Of a stretch of 64,000 nt of DNA, positions 47,301 to 55,305 are shown piece after piece. The stretch is taken from positions 256,001 to 320,000 of the forward strand of contig CAWDVR010000001.1 in assembly GCA_963805975.1 (NCBI GenBank). The letters run 5' to 3'. Numbering within the stretch: position 1 is the stretch's first letter; each line of letters begins with the position of its first letter. The stretch comes from an uncultured Acidobacteriota bacterium. GTDB taxonomy: Bacteria; Acidobacteriota; Thermoanaerobaculia; Multivoradales; SZUA-115. The notes beneath the pieces are model-generated. The model was given only the letters and a program-made list of their open reading frames with translations, searched no databases and had not been told where the DNA came from. A program made the translations under genes and the position numbers.

Positions 47301-47698
47301 TCGATCACCTCGAGCACCGCGCTCTCCTCGACACGCTGGCCCTGTCCGTCGATATAGGAGGCGGACACCGTGTGACGGCCGGCGGTGTCGAAGCGGTGCT
47401 CGGCGAACGAGAAGAGGATCTCGCTCGCGATCTCGCTGGCACCCGTCCAGGTGACGGCGGCACCGACGGGTTTCCGCATCTTGAACTGGACCACCGCGCC
47501 GAGCGGTAGCGCGGCGGCGAGCGGCGCCGGGTGCCAGAGTGTGGTCAGCCCGGCCACCGGCCCGATCTCGAGCTGAGCGTTCCAGGCGCTGGGGTCGGCG
47601 AGCCGCGCGGCGGCCCGTGCTCCCGCCGCGCTCGGCGGTGCGGCCAGCAGCACCAGTGCCGTGGTGAGTGGAATCAGGGAGCAGAGACGTTGTTGCAT
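44318..47698 (-). CDS. Secreted S8 serine peptidase with N-terminal beta-rich module and C-terminal PKD/Ig-like repeats
   Basis: Signal peptide; LAILDMGF (D), WHGTSV (H), SAGNDG (N), GTSFSSP (S); WSSDLDGLLGSG repeats; AGGAGG RBS. Confidence 0.88.
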   Translation of the reverse strand: MQQRLCSLIPLTTALVLLAAPPSAAGARAAARLADPSAWNAQLEIGPVAGLTTLWHPAPLAAALPLGAVVQFKMRKPVGAAVTWTGASEIASEILFSFAEHRFDTAGRHTVSASYIDGQGQRVEESAVLEVIDTTAQPMTISARAVAVEPVILVEGNLNRSTAGYFFRDESIAALRELGPDSYRTSIDRWLRASATVTPAAFAPLVEWRVNGEPQHRLGAEVDLRLLQPGSHEITAGYTEGASTLHVETYSVKVIGPFPAAEVADGVPATFRAETQPPGFEEEVTWLASTKFGGSDPVLGQGRDFTVTFAGTFRGTRQWLGVRADNGRFSQDREGETPLGPPSFRVNPALAPSVPTLPGFDGATPRPLASVRDEFGNQADFVADELWLSTDDPAELATFLDRWQGEVVLTFDPTRNQLEGIASQYLVRVHRLTTDAAGLASDLLALEPAGRGVHEVSSLDGLKLLATGADEVLAGRAVGVNWVGRGSQFRDKASTEASSGDGIGGTPYSSNAFTWPTHQVGGVQDIGVAEAWRLLDLAGGLDNTVKLAILDMGFAPNDDFPDWFAISNVPFVEPIGSENLLSCGSGGSCPWHGTSVLSAGASLADNRFGGAGPAGPVAYPILVFTSYDFFTSIVALGEARALGAKVANMSYGARVPLLLAWSVLPFEVATIAFRASGMLLFASAGNDGDNVDSSYCVRFIGCIEKAWYTPCENDGVTCVGGLAWNSNERASDSNYGSEAVDIFAPYTLWVGPDPGAPADHARQINGTSFSSPFTAGVAALIWAANPDLSAGQVEDILLDTAHTGSPDRKVRRWVDALAAVHKAVGNVPPAAAITAPTFHSRRDLNWPVILAASAEDFEDGAGCCTFSWSSDLDGLLGSGATLVHAFATEGTHRLTAFARDSGGAISFDSILIEIVNSPPVPVIERPLPGETIYQGLPFRLRGSASDRNEPGQTLACGGLIWRSSLVADPLPGFGCEVPVTFTTTGPRTLTLYGTDPQGETSSTSVLVNVLPPPANLPPAVAVRSPEPGSVAGPDERFTVAGLAVDPEGATPLTYRWTVTYPFDPGSGSGPTTATIGSALEIDWKPSDTITFERCEVDLLIRLRLEVSDPGGTTGSDFVVLRVLRIC

Positions 47699-47913
47699 GG
47701 CAGTCCTCCTCGCGGGCGGAGCCCGTTGCCGAACGGAGCTGCGCGGGAGTGAGGTCGGTCGGCGCGGCACCGTTCCTGGTTTCTGTCCGGCCTCGCCGGG
47801 CACAGCGCGAAGGAATGGGAAACCGGCTGATCGCCACTGGGGAAAGCGGCGTCGAAGTCAAAGTGGAAGATCGAAGGTAGAGGCAATACACTGCTTCGAA
47901 AACCAGGGACACG

Positions 47914-48465
47914 ATGACCACCGAGGTGACCGATCTGCTGCAGCAGTGGCGAGCGGGCGACGAGAAGGCTTTCGGCGCCCTCCTGCCGCAGGTCTACGCC
48001 GAGCTCCGGCGCCTGGCCCGCGGCCAGCTCCGCGGCGAGCGGCCCGGCCACACGCTCCAGCCCACGGCGCTGGTCCACGAGGCGTGCCTGCGCCTCCTCG
48101 GTGGGAAGCGGATCGACTGGCAGGACCGCGCGCATTTCCTCGCCGTCACCGCGACCCTCATGCGCCGCATCCTGGTGAGCTACGCGCGCCGCCATCGCGC
48201 CGCCAAGCGCGGCGGCGGTGCCGTCGTCACGCTGCACGAGTCCGATGCCGTGGCCGCGAGCCGGGACGTGGACCTCCTGGCGCTCTCCGATGCGCTCGAG
48301 AAGCTGGAGGCGCTCGACCCCCGCCAGGCGCGGGTGGTGGAGCTGCGCTATTTCGCGGGCACCACCATCGAGGAAACGGCCGAGGCCCTGGGCGTCTCCC
48401 CGGCCACGGTGAAGATCGACTGGAGCCTGGCCAAGGCCTGGCTGCTGCGCGAGCTGGGGGGGTGA
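47914..48465 (+). CDS. ECF sigma factor, TIGR02999/ECF43-type
   Basis: EVTDLLQQWRAGD...YAELRRLA...HTLQPTALVHEA...WQDRAHF...MRRILV...KRGG...VVELRYFAG...DWSLAKAWL. Confidence 0.92.
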   Translation: MTTEVTDLLQQWRAGDEKAFGALLPQVYAELRRLARGQLRGERPGHTLQPTALVHEACLRLLGGKRIDWQDRAHFLAVTATLMRRILVSYARRHRAAKRGGGAVVTLHESDAVAASRDVDLLALSDALEKLEALDPRQARVVELRYFAGTTIEETAEALGVSPATVKIDWSLAKAWLLRELGG

Positions 48466-48470
48466 CGGCG

Positions 48471-51323
48471 ATGGGGCCCGAGATCTGGCAAGGCGAGCGC
48501 TGGCAGCGGGTGCGCGAGGTCTTCGCCGGCGCTCTCGAGCTGCCGGAAGGGGAGCGCGCAGGGCACGTGGCCGCATGCACGGCGGGAGATCGCGAGCTCG
48601 CGGACGAGGTCGAGGCGCTCCTCGCCGCGCACGGCCGCGCCGAGGGCTTCCTCGAGGGCGAGGCCGAGCCGCCGGCTTCCGGGCCGGGGACGGAGACCCG
48701 CATCGGGCCCTACCGGCTGCTCTCCCTCCTGGGGGCGGGCGGCATGGGCGCCGTCTACCTCGCACAGCGCGCCGACGAGGAGTTCCACAAGCGCGTGGCC
48801 CTCAAGGTGCTGAAGCCGGGCATGGACTCGGCGGAAGTGATCCGCCGCTTCCGCACCGAACGGCAGATCCTCGCCGCCCTCGACCACCCGCACATCGCCA
48901 AGCTCCTGGACGGCGGCACCACCGACCGCGGCCTGCCGTACTTCGTGATGGAGCACGTCGAGGGCCTGGCCATCGACCGCTTCTGCGACGAGCACCGGCT
49001 GGGAGTGCCGGCCCGCCTGCAGCTCTTCCGCCGCGTCTGCGCCGCCGTGCAGTTCGCGCACCAGAACCTGGTGATCCATCGCGACCTCAAGCCCGGCAAC
49101 ATCCTGGTGCTGCCGGACGGCACGCCCAAGCTCCTCGACTTCGGCATCGCCAAGCTCCTCAACCCGGAGCTCTCCGCGCAGGCGGAGGTGCCGACGGCGC
49201 TGGCCCTCGCGCCCATGACGCCGGACTACGCGAGCCCCGAGCAGGTGCGCGGCGAGCACCTCACCACCGCGAGCGACATCTACGCGCTGGGAGTCCTGCT
49301 CTACGAGCTGCTGACCGGGCTCCACCCGCTGCGCTCCCGCGCCTCGAGCCTCGAGGAGATGCGGCGCCTGATCACCGACGCCGAGCCCGAGCGGCCCAGC
49401 TTGGCAGTAGAGCGGGTGGCGGCCGAGCGGGCCTCGGAGGCCGCAGGAGCGACCCGCGCCGCCGAGGACTCGCGCGCTTCCGGCCGCGGCCGCGACCTCG
49501 GTGCCGCCCACCTCCGGCGCCGCCTCGAAGGCGATCTCGACAACATCGTGCTGATGGCGCTGCGCAAGCAGCCGGCGCGCCGCTACGCCTCCGTGGAGCA
49601 GCTCTCCCAGGACGTGCGCCGCCACCTCGAGGGCCTGCCGGTGGCGGCCCGGCGCGGTACCGTGACCTACCGCATGGAGAAGTTCGTCGGCCGCCACCGC
49701 CTGGGGGTGGCGGTGGCGGCGACCCTCTTCCTGGCAGCGGTCGGTTTCGGCCTCGCCATGGGGGCGCTGGCGGCGCGGGTGACGCGGGAGCGTGACCGCG
49801 CCGAGCAGGAGCGCGTGCGGGCGGAACAGGTGACGGACTTTCTCACCGATCTCTTCCTGGCCTCCGATCCCGAGGCCGCCAGGGGCGCCACGCCGACGGC
49901 ACGCGAGATGCTCGACCGCGGCGCGAAGCGGCTCGAGACCGAGCTCGAGGACCAGCCCACGGTACGCGCCGAGCTGCTGCGCACCGCCGGCCGCATCTAC
50001 CGCCAGCTCGGGCTCCTCGACCGTGCGGAGGCCATGGTCCGCGAGGCAGTGGCGCTACGCGAAGCGGGCGCCGGTGCCGACCCGGCGAAGCTCGCCGGGA
50101 GCCTGAACGAGCTCGGTCTGGTGCTCCGGGCCAAGGGGGAGTATCCGGCGGCGCGGAGCCTCTTCGAGCGCGCTCTCGAGCTGCGCCGCCGCCTGGGTCC
50201 TCACGATCCTGCCGTGGCGCAGACCCTGAACGACCTCGGTATCCTGCGGTGGAGGACGGGCGACTACGACGGGGCCGAGGCCCTGCTGAGCGAGGCCTTG
50301 GCCATCGATCGCGCTATCCAGCCGCCGATGCCGGTCGAGGTCGCGGGCATCCTCACGAACCTCGGCATCCTGGCAGTGCACCGGGGAAGGTACGCGCAGG
50401 CCGAGGAGCGCCACCGCGAGGCTCTGGACCTGCGCCGGAGCGCCTATGGCGCGGAGCACCTTTCGATCGCCGACTCGTTGGGCAATCTGGCGATGGTGGC
50501 CGAGTCTCGGGGAGACCTGCGCCAGGCCGAGGCCCGCACCCGCGAGGCGCTGGAGCTGCGGCGCAAGCTCTTCCCTGGCGACTCGCCGAGGCTCGCCAAC
50601 ACCATGACCAACTTCGGCCATCTCCTGCAACGGCTGGGTTCGCCGAAGGAGGCCGAGTCCCTGCACCGCGAGGCGCTGGCCATGCGGCGCCGACTCTTCG
50701 GCGGCGACGAGCCGGAGCTCGCCGTCACCCTGAGAAACCTGGGCGGCGCGCTGGAAGCCAAGGGCGACCTGACCGCGGCCATTGGCTACTACCGGGAGGC
50801 GCTGGCCATGCAGCGGCGCCTGTTCGGCGCCCGGCACGACGAGATCGCCGACGGCGAAAGCTACCTCGGCGCCGCCCTGCGCGAGGCCGGGAACCTGGAC
50901 GAGGCAGAACCCCTGCTCACCAGGGCCCTGGCGCAGCGGCGAGAGCTCCTCGGTGCAGAGCATCCGGATGTCGCCACGAGCCTCGTCGAGCTGGCGAGCC
51001 TCCGGGTCAGGAGGGGCGACGGCGCCGCCGGTGAGGCCCTGGCCCGCGAGGCGCTCGCCGTCCTGGGGCGCCAGGAGCCGCCGGTTGCCTGGCGAATCGC
51101 CGAGGCCGAAGTCGTGCTTGGCAACTGCCTGGCTGGCCAGCAGCGCTTTGCCGAGGCCGAGGACTTGCTCCAGCGCGGCCTGTCGACGATCGAGGCGCAG
51201 CTCGGAGAGGCGGCGTCAGCCACCCGAAAGGCGATTGCCGGCCAGGCGGCCCTCTACGATGCATGGAAGAAGCCGGCCAAGGCCGCCGAGTGCCGCGCCA
51301 GGCTTGCACTGCACCGCGGCTAG
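48471..51323 (+). CDS. Ser/Thr protein kinase with TM and C-terminal TPR repeats
   Basis: RWQRVREVF N-terminus, GAGGMGAVY, VALKV, HRDLKPGN, DFG, MTPDYASPEQ, GDLDNIVLMAL; TPR array. An alternative GTG start at 48462 overlaps the sigma stop. Confidence 0.92.
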   Translation: MGPEIWQGERWQRVREVFAGALELPEGERAGHVAACTAGDRELADEVEALLAAHGRAEGFLEGEAEPPASGPGTETRIGPYRLLSLLGAGGMGAVYLAQRADEEFHKRVALKVLKPGMDSAEVIRRFRTERQILAALDHPHIAKLLDGGTTDRGLPYFVMEHVEGLAIDRFCDEHRLGVPARLQLFRRVCAAVQFAHQNLVIHRDLKPGNILVLPDGTPKLLDFGIAKLLNPELSAQAEVPTALALAPMTPDYASPEQVRGEHLTTASDIYALGVLLYELLTGLHPLRSRASSLEEMRRLITDAEPERPSLAVERVAAERASEAAGATRAAEDSRASGRGRDLGAAHLRRRLEGDLDNIVLMALRKQPARRYASVEQLSQDVRRHLEGLPVAARRGTVTYRMEKFVGRHRLGVAVAATLFLAAVGFGLAMGALAARVTRERDRAEQERVRAEQVTDFLTDLFLASDPEAARGATPTAREMLDRGAKRLETELEDQPTVRAELLRTAGRIYRQLGLLDRAEAMVREAVALREAGAGADPAKLAGSLNELGLVLRAKGEYPAARSLFERALELRRRLGPHDPAVAQTLNDLGILRWRTGDYDGAEALLSEALAIDRAIQPPMPVEVAGILTNLGILAVHRGRYAQAEERHREALDLRRSAYGAEHLSIADSLGNLAMVAESRGDLRQAEARTREALELRRKLFPGDSPRLANTMTNFGHLLQRLGSPKEAESLHREALAMRRRLFGGDEPELAVTLRNLGGALEAKGDLTAAIGYYREALAMQRRLFGARHDEIADGESYLGAALREAGNLDEAEPLLTRALAQRRELLGAEHPDVATSLVELASLRVRRGDGAAGEALAREALAVLGRQEPPVAWRIAEAEVVLGNCLAGQQRFAEAEDLLQRGLSTIEAQLGEAASATRKAIAGQAALYDAWKKPAKAAECRARLALHRG

Positions 51324-51341
51324 AGAGCCTGCGATCCGGGT

Positions 51342-53012
51342 CTACCCCAGCAGCTCCCGCGCGATCCGCCACACCAGCTCCGGCAGCACGCCGAAGGAGT
51401 AGGGGGCGTAGACCCGCTCGAGGCGCTGATGGTAGTCGCGGCCCCAGGGGCCGGCGTTGATGGCGGGGAAGCCCAGCCGGCCGAGCACCGAGTAGTCGAA
51501 GGCGAGGAGGTCCGTGCCCCAGGCCGGGCTGTTGTCGGCCACCACGGCCGCGTCCTCGGGCGGCACCCGCGAGGCGAGGAAGCTCATGTCCGAGATGCCG
51601 GCGAAGTAGTGCCGCAGAGTGATCGCGCGGCCGGAGTCCCGTCCCACGGCCGCGGCCTGGCGGCGTGACACCTCCTCCAGCCGCCGGTGGCGAGGGTCGT
51701 CGGCCTCGAGATGGAGAGGCGGGTAGTAGAGCGCGCCCCAGGCCACCACCGCGGCAGGGCCGGAGAGATCGGCCCAGCCCGCGAGCTTCGCGGTGGCTCG
51801 GCGGCTGAAGGTGGGGAGGTCCATGCCGGGCTCGGCCGCCAGCTCCCGGGTGAAGGACGCCCAGTCCCGCGCCGCCGCCGTTCCGCGCCGCGCGAAGGCC
51901 CGCTCGCGCAGCTCGGCGAAGGCCAGTACCGTCGGCTCCCAGGCGAGGTCGGGCCGCGGGCGGCCCGCTCGCGCGGACCACGAGGAGGCGCGCTCGCGCA
52001 TCCGCGCGCCCGCCTCCTCGATCGCCGCCCGCGCCAGGCCCAGCCAGCGCTCCAGCTCGCGGCTCGGCGTGGCGGCATGGGTGAGCTGGTTGAAGGCACA
52101 CCAGGCGAGCTCCGGCGTGGTGACGTCGTAGCCTTCCTTCAAGTCGGCGAGCCGGAGGGCGACGGGCGGCGGCGCCACGGCGCCGTGCGCCGCGTCGGCG
52201 AGCTCGGGGTCGCACTCCACGCGCCGCACCAGCTCGGCGGCGAGCAGGTTGGCATTGAGGCCGTCGAACGGGAAGCCGGCGTGCGCCGGGCGGCCCACGA
52301 AGAGCACGGAGGGGAGGAGCTTGCCCACGCTGCCCAGGTAGACCGCCTGGCCCTCGCCGCCGTCGCCCGGATCGTTGGTGGCGTCGAGGTTGATCGCTGC
52401 CACCGTCTCGAGGTCCCTCTCGCGCAGGAGGTCGGGGAGGGCGAGCGCGGCCGAGCGCATGCCGTGCGAGGTGACCTCCTCGTCCGGTGTGGCGAGGAAG
52501 AGGAGGTTGCCCGGGCGGTCGGCCGCGGGCAGCGCGGCGAAACGCTCCAGCACCGCGATCCCGGCCGCGAGCCCGCTCTTCATGTCGAGCGCCGCACGGC
52601 CGGGCAGGAAGTCGCCGCTCTCGAGGTCGGCGAGCGCGCGGCCATCGGCCGCCGAGGAGCCGTGGCGCCGCAGATCCTCGAGCAGCGCCGGCAGCAGGGC
52701 CTCGGGGTCGCAGGCCAGGGGCTCGAGCGGGCCGTAGGGTGCGAGGCTCACCGTGTCGTAGTGGCCGCAGAGGATCACCGTCCGGCGGCCGGTGCCGCGC
52801 ACCAGGGCGAACACGTTCTCGCGCTCGTAGCGGTCGCCCACCGTCCGCTGCCGGCGGAGATCCGCGGGGTGCGACGCGAAGTAGGAGATCTGCGCGAGGA
52901 GATCGTGGAGATGGGCGGCGAAGTCTCTCTCGCCCGGTGTTCCGGTCACGCTCGGCAGGCGGACCAGGTCCAGCGTGAGCTGGCGGACGCGGGGCAGCCA
53001 GGGGTCGGGCAT
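51342..53012 (-). CDS. rocB: M20-family peptidase, arginine utilization protein RocB-like
   Basis: LVRLPSVTGTPGE, GHYDTV, GRAALDMKSG, TPDEEV.SHGM, YLGSVGKLLP, DLKEGYDVTTP, FAGISDMS, GPWGRDYHQRLER. Confidence 0.85.
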   Translation of the reverse strand: MPDPWLPRVRQLTLDLVRLPSVTGTPGERDFAAHLHDLLAQISYFASHPADLRRQRTVGDRYERENVFALVRGTGRRTVILCGHYDTVSLAPYGPLEPLACDPEALLPALLEDLRRHGSSAADGRALADLESGDFLPGRAALDMKSGLAAGIAVLERFAALPAADRPGNLLFLATPDEEVTSHGMRSAALALPDLLRERDLETVAAINLDATNDPGDGGEGQAVYLGSVGKLLPSVLFVGRPAHAGFPFDGLNANLLAAELVRRVECDPELADAAHGAVAPPPVALRLADLKEGYDVTTPELAWCAFNQLTHAATPSRELERWLGLARAAIEEAGARMRERASSWSARAGRPRPDLAWEPTVLAFAELRERAFARRGTAAARDWASFTRELAAEPGMDLPTFSRRATAKLAGWADLSGPAAVVAWGALYYPPLHLEADDPRHRRLEEVSRRQAAAVGRDSGRAITLRHYFAGISDMSFLASRVPPEDAAVVADNSPAWGTDLLAFDYSVLGRLGFPAINAGPWGRDYHQRLERVYAPYSFGVLPELVWRIARELLG

Positions 53013-53073
53013 CGAGCGGAGCTTAGCGCGCCCCGAAGAACGGATGGAGACCCTGTCGCCATCTGAGGACTCG

Positions 53074-54753
53074 ATGGCCGGCGAAAAGCCGGGCGTGGCG
53101 CAGGACAGGCGAAGCGCTAAGCTTCCCGTCGTGCTGAGCACCGGCAGCCCACCCCCGGCCAACGGCGCCCGCCTCCAGGGAACGGGCGAGGAGCTCGCGA
53201 TCCTCGCCGAGATCGCGCGTCTCGCGACCGAGGACCTGGAGCTGCGGCCCATGCTGCAGCGGGTGACGGATGCGCTGGCCCTGCGCTTCGGTTGGGAGCT
53301 GGTGGCGCTGGTCCGCGTGGACCGCGAGCAGGAGCGCTTCGTGTGCGAGGCGCTCACCACCACCGTGCCCACCGCCGTGACCCCCGGCTACGGCCGGGCG
53401 TTCGGCAGCGGCGTGGTGGGCCAGGTGGCGGCCACCGGCAGGAGCCTGGTGATCGACGACGCGGAGACCTACCCGGACTTCGTCGAGATCTTTCCCGGCA
53501 CCCGCTCCGAGCTCTGCGCGCCGATCCGGCACCGCGGCGAGGTGGTCGCCGTGCTGAATCTCGAAAGCCCGCGCCCGGCGGCTTTCCATGGCCAGCTCCC
53601 GCTGGTCGAGGCGATCACCGACCAGATCGCCGGCGCCATCGCGAGCGCCCGCCTCTACGAGGCCACCCGGCAGCGGGCGCTCTCCTTCGAGGTGCTCTCC
53701 GAGGTCTCGCGGGCGGCGCTCTCCGGCGCCGAACGGGGCGGCGCCGGCCTGTCGAGCATCCTGGAGGCCATCGCCACCTACGTGCAGCAGCGCTTCGACC
53801 TGCTGCTGGTCGCCATCGTGGTCACCGACGAGTCCGGGCTCGAGTGGGCGCACCGCGCTTTCGTCACCCGCCATCCGCTGCCGCTCGCCAGCTACGCGCG
53901 CTGGCCGACCAGCGCCGGGGTGGCCGGCCGCGCCATCCGGCTCGGCGCGCCGCAGCTCGTGCTCGACGTGGCGACGGACCCGGACTACGTGGCCATCTCG
54001 GACGAGGTGCGAGCCGAGTTCGTGGCCCCGATCCGGGCCGGCGGCCGCATGATCGGTGCCTTCGCGACCGAGAACGACGATGCCGCGTTTTTCTCGGCCG
54101 AGAACCTCCGCCTCCTCGAGCTGGTAGCCGACCAGGTGGCGGGCGCCATCCAGCTCGCCCTTCTCAACGAGAGGCTGTCGGAGATCAAGGTGCAGCTCGA
54201 AGCGGCCAACGGCCATCTGCAGCAGGCCAACCGCTCGCTCGAGCGCCTGTCCCAGGTCGATCCGCTGACCGGGCTCTCCAACCGCCGCCACTTCGAGGAG
54301 TGCCTGGCGCTCGAGTGGCGCCGCCTGGCACGGGCGCAGCGCCCCCTGTCGCTGCTGCTCGCGGACGTGGACCACTTCAAGGCCTACAACGACGCCCAGG
54401 GCCACATCGCCGGCGACCGCTGCCTGCAACGGGTGGCCGCGGTGCTGCGCGACGGCGCACTGCGGGCCGGCGACCTGGTGGCGCGTTACGGTGGCGAGGA
54501 GTTCGCGGTGGTGCTCTCCGACACCGATGCCCCCGGCGCAGAGCGTATCGCCGAGCACATGCGCTCGCACCTCGAGGCCCTGGCGATCGACCACCCGGCC
54601 TCGCCCGTCGCGCCGCACGTGACCCTCTCGGCCGGTGTCGCCACCGTCATACCCAGCCTCGAAGGCTCCCCCGCCCAGCTCGTGGCCGCCGCCGACCGCG
54701 CCCTCTACCGCGCCAAGCAGGACGGCCGGAACCGGGTGGCGGCGGGGGAGTGA
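53074..54753 (+). CDS. Diguanylate cyclase (GAF-GAF-coiled coil-GGDEF)
   Basis: Two GAF domains; DPLTGLSNRR, DVDHFKAYND, RAGD I-site, RYGGEEF, KQDGRNR. Start uncertain (53074 or GTG 53131). Confidence 0.9.
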   Translation: MAGEKPGVAQDRRSAKLPVVLSTGSPPPANGARLQGTGEELAILAEIARLATEDLELRPMLQRVTDALALRFGWELVALVRVDREQERFVCEALTTTVPTAVTPGYGRAFGSGVVGQVAATGRSLVIDDAETYPDFVEIFPGTRSELCAPIRHRGEVVAVLNLESPRPAAFHGQLPLVEAITDQIAGAIASARLYEATRQRALSFEVLSEVSRAALSGAERGGAGLSSILEAIATYVQQRFDLLLVAIVVTDESGLEWAHRAFVTRHPLPLASYARWPTSAGVAGRAIRLGAPQLVLDVATDPDYVAISDEVRAEFVAPIRAGGRMIGAFATENDDAAFFSAENLRLLELVADQVAGAIQLALLNERLSEIKVQLEAANGHLQQANRSLERLSQVDPLTGLSNRRHFEECLALEWRRLARAQRPLSLLLADVDHFKAYNDAQGHIAGDRCLQRVAAVLRDGALRAGDLVARYGGEEFAVVLSDTDAPGAERIAEHMRSHLEALAIDHPASPVAPHVTLSAGVATVIPSLEGSPAQLVAAADRALYRAKQDGRNRVAAGE

Positions 54754-54779
54754 GCGGCTAGACAGAGAAGAGGCGCCTC

Positions 54780-55238
54780 GTGAACTGGATCGCTCCGGAA
54801 AGCTACGGTGACGTCTTCGACCGGCTCGAACGGGATGAGGTCCGGTATGTCGTGGTCAGCGGAATGGCCGTCGTGCTGCACGGCCACGTGCGGCCCGTGG
54901 CCGACCTGGACATGGTCATCGACGCCGCGCCCGAGGCGGCGCGCCACGCCATGCACGCGCTGGCGCTGGCCGGCTTCGTGCCGAGCATCCCGCTGCCGCT
55001 CTCCGCCCTCACGGTGCTGCGGATGTTCGATGCCGCAGCGCGCGAGATCGACGTTTTCGTCCGCTACTCGATCCCTTTCGGCGAGCTGTGGGAGAGCTCG
55101 GAGCGTGTGCGCGTCGGCGGCAGCACCGCTCGTATCGCCTCGCTCGACCACCTGCTGCGGGCGAAGCGGACCCATGGACGGCCGCACGATCTGCTGGACG
55201 TCGAAGGGTTGCTCGCGCTCCAGGCTGACGAGCCGTGA
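54780..55238 (+). CDS. Nucleotidyltransferase-family protein (MNT/DUF6036-like)
   Basis: YVVVSGMAVVLHGHVRPVADLD, EIDVF, IASLDHLLRAKR..GRPHDLLDV. Confidence 0.8.
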   Translation: MNWIAPESYGDVFDRLERDEVRYVVVSGMAVVLHGHVRPVADLDMVIDAAPEAARHAMHALALAGFVPSIPLPLSALTVLRMFDAAAREIDVFVRYSIPFGELWESSERVRVGGSTARIASLDHLLRAKRTHGRPHDLLDVEGLLALQADEP

Positions 55239-55279
55239 AAAAGGGCCCGCCGCAGCCTGGGAGTCGGGCTGCGGCGGGA
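55239..55279 (-). terminator. Intrinsic terminator after the S8 peptidase (convergent)
   Basis: CCCGCCGCAGCC...GGCTGCGGCGGG stem followed by CCCTTTT on the minus strand. Confidence 0.6.
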
Positions 55280-55305
55280 GGTGGGGAAACTGAGGCCCAG
55301 CGCCG

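Noticed and set aside
47661-51323. Sigma-kinase fusion of 1220 aa
   Set aside because: The sigma is in a different frame with its own stop at 48465; the kinase starts at 48462 or 48471.
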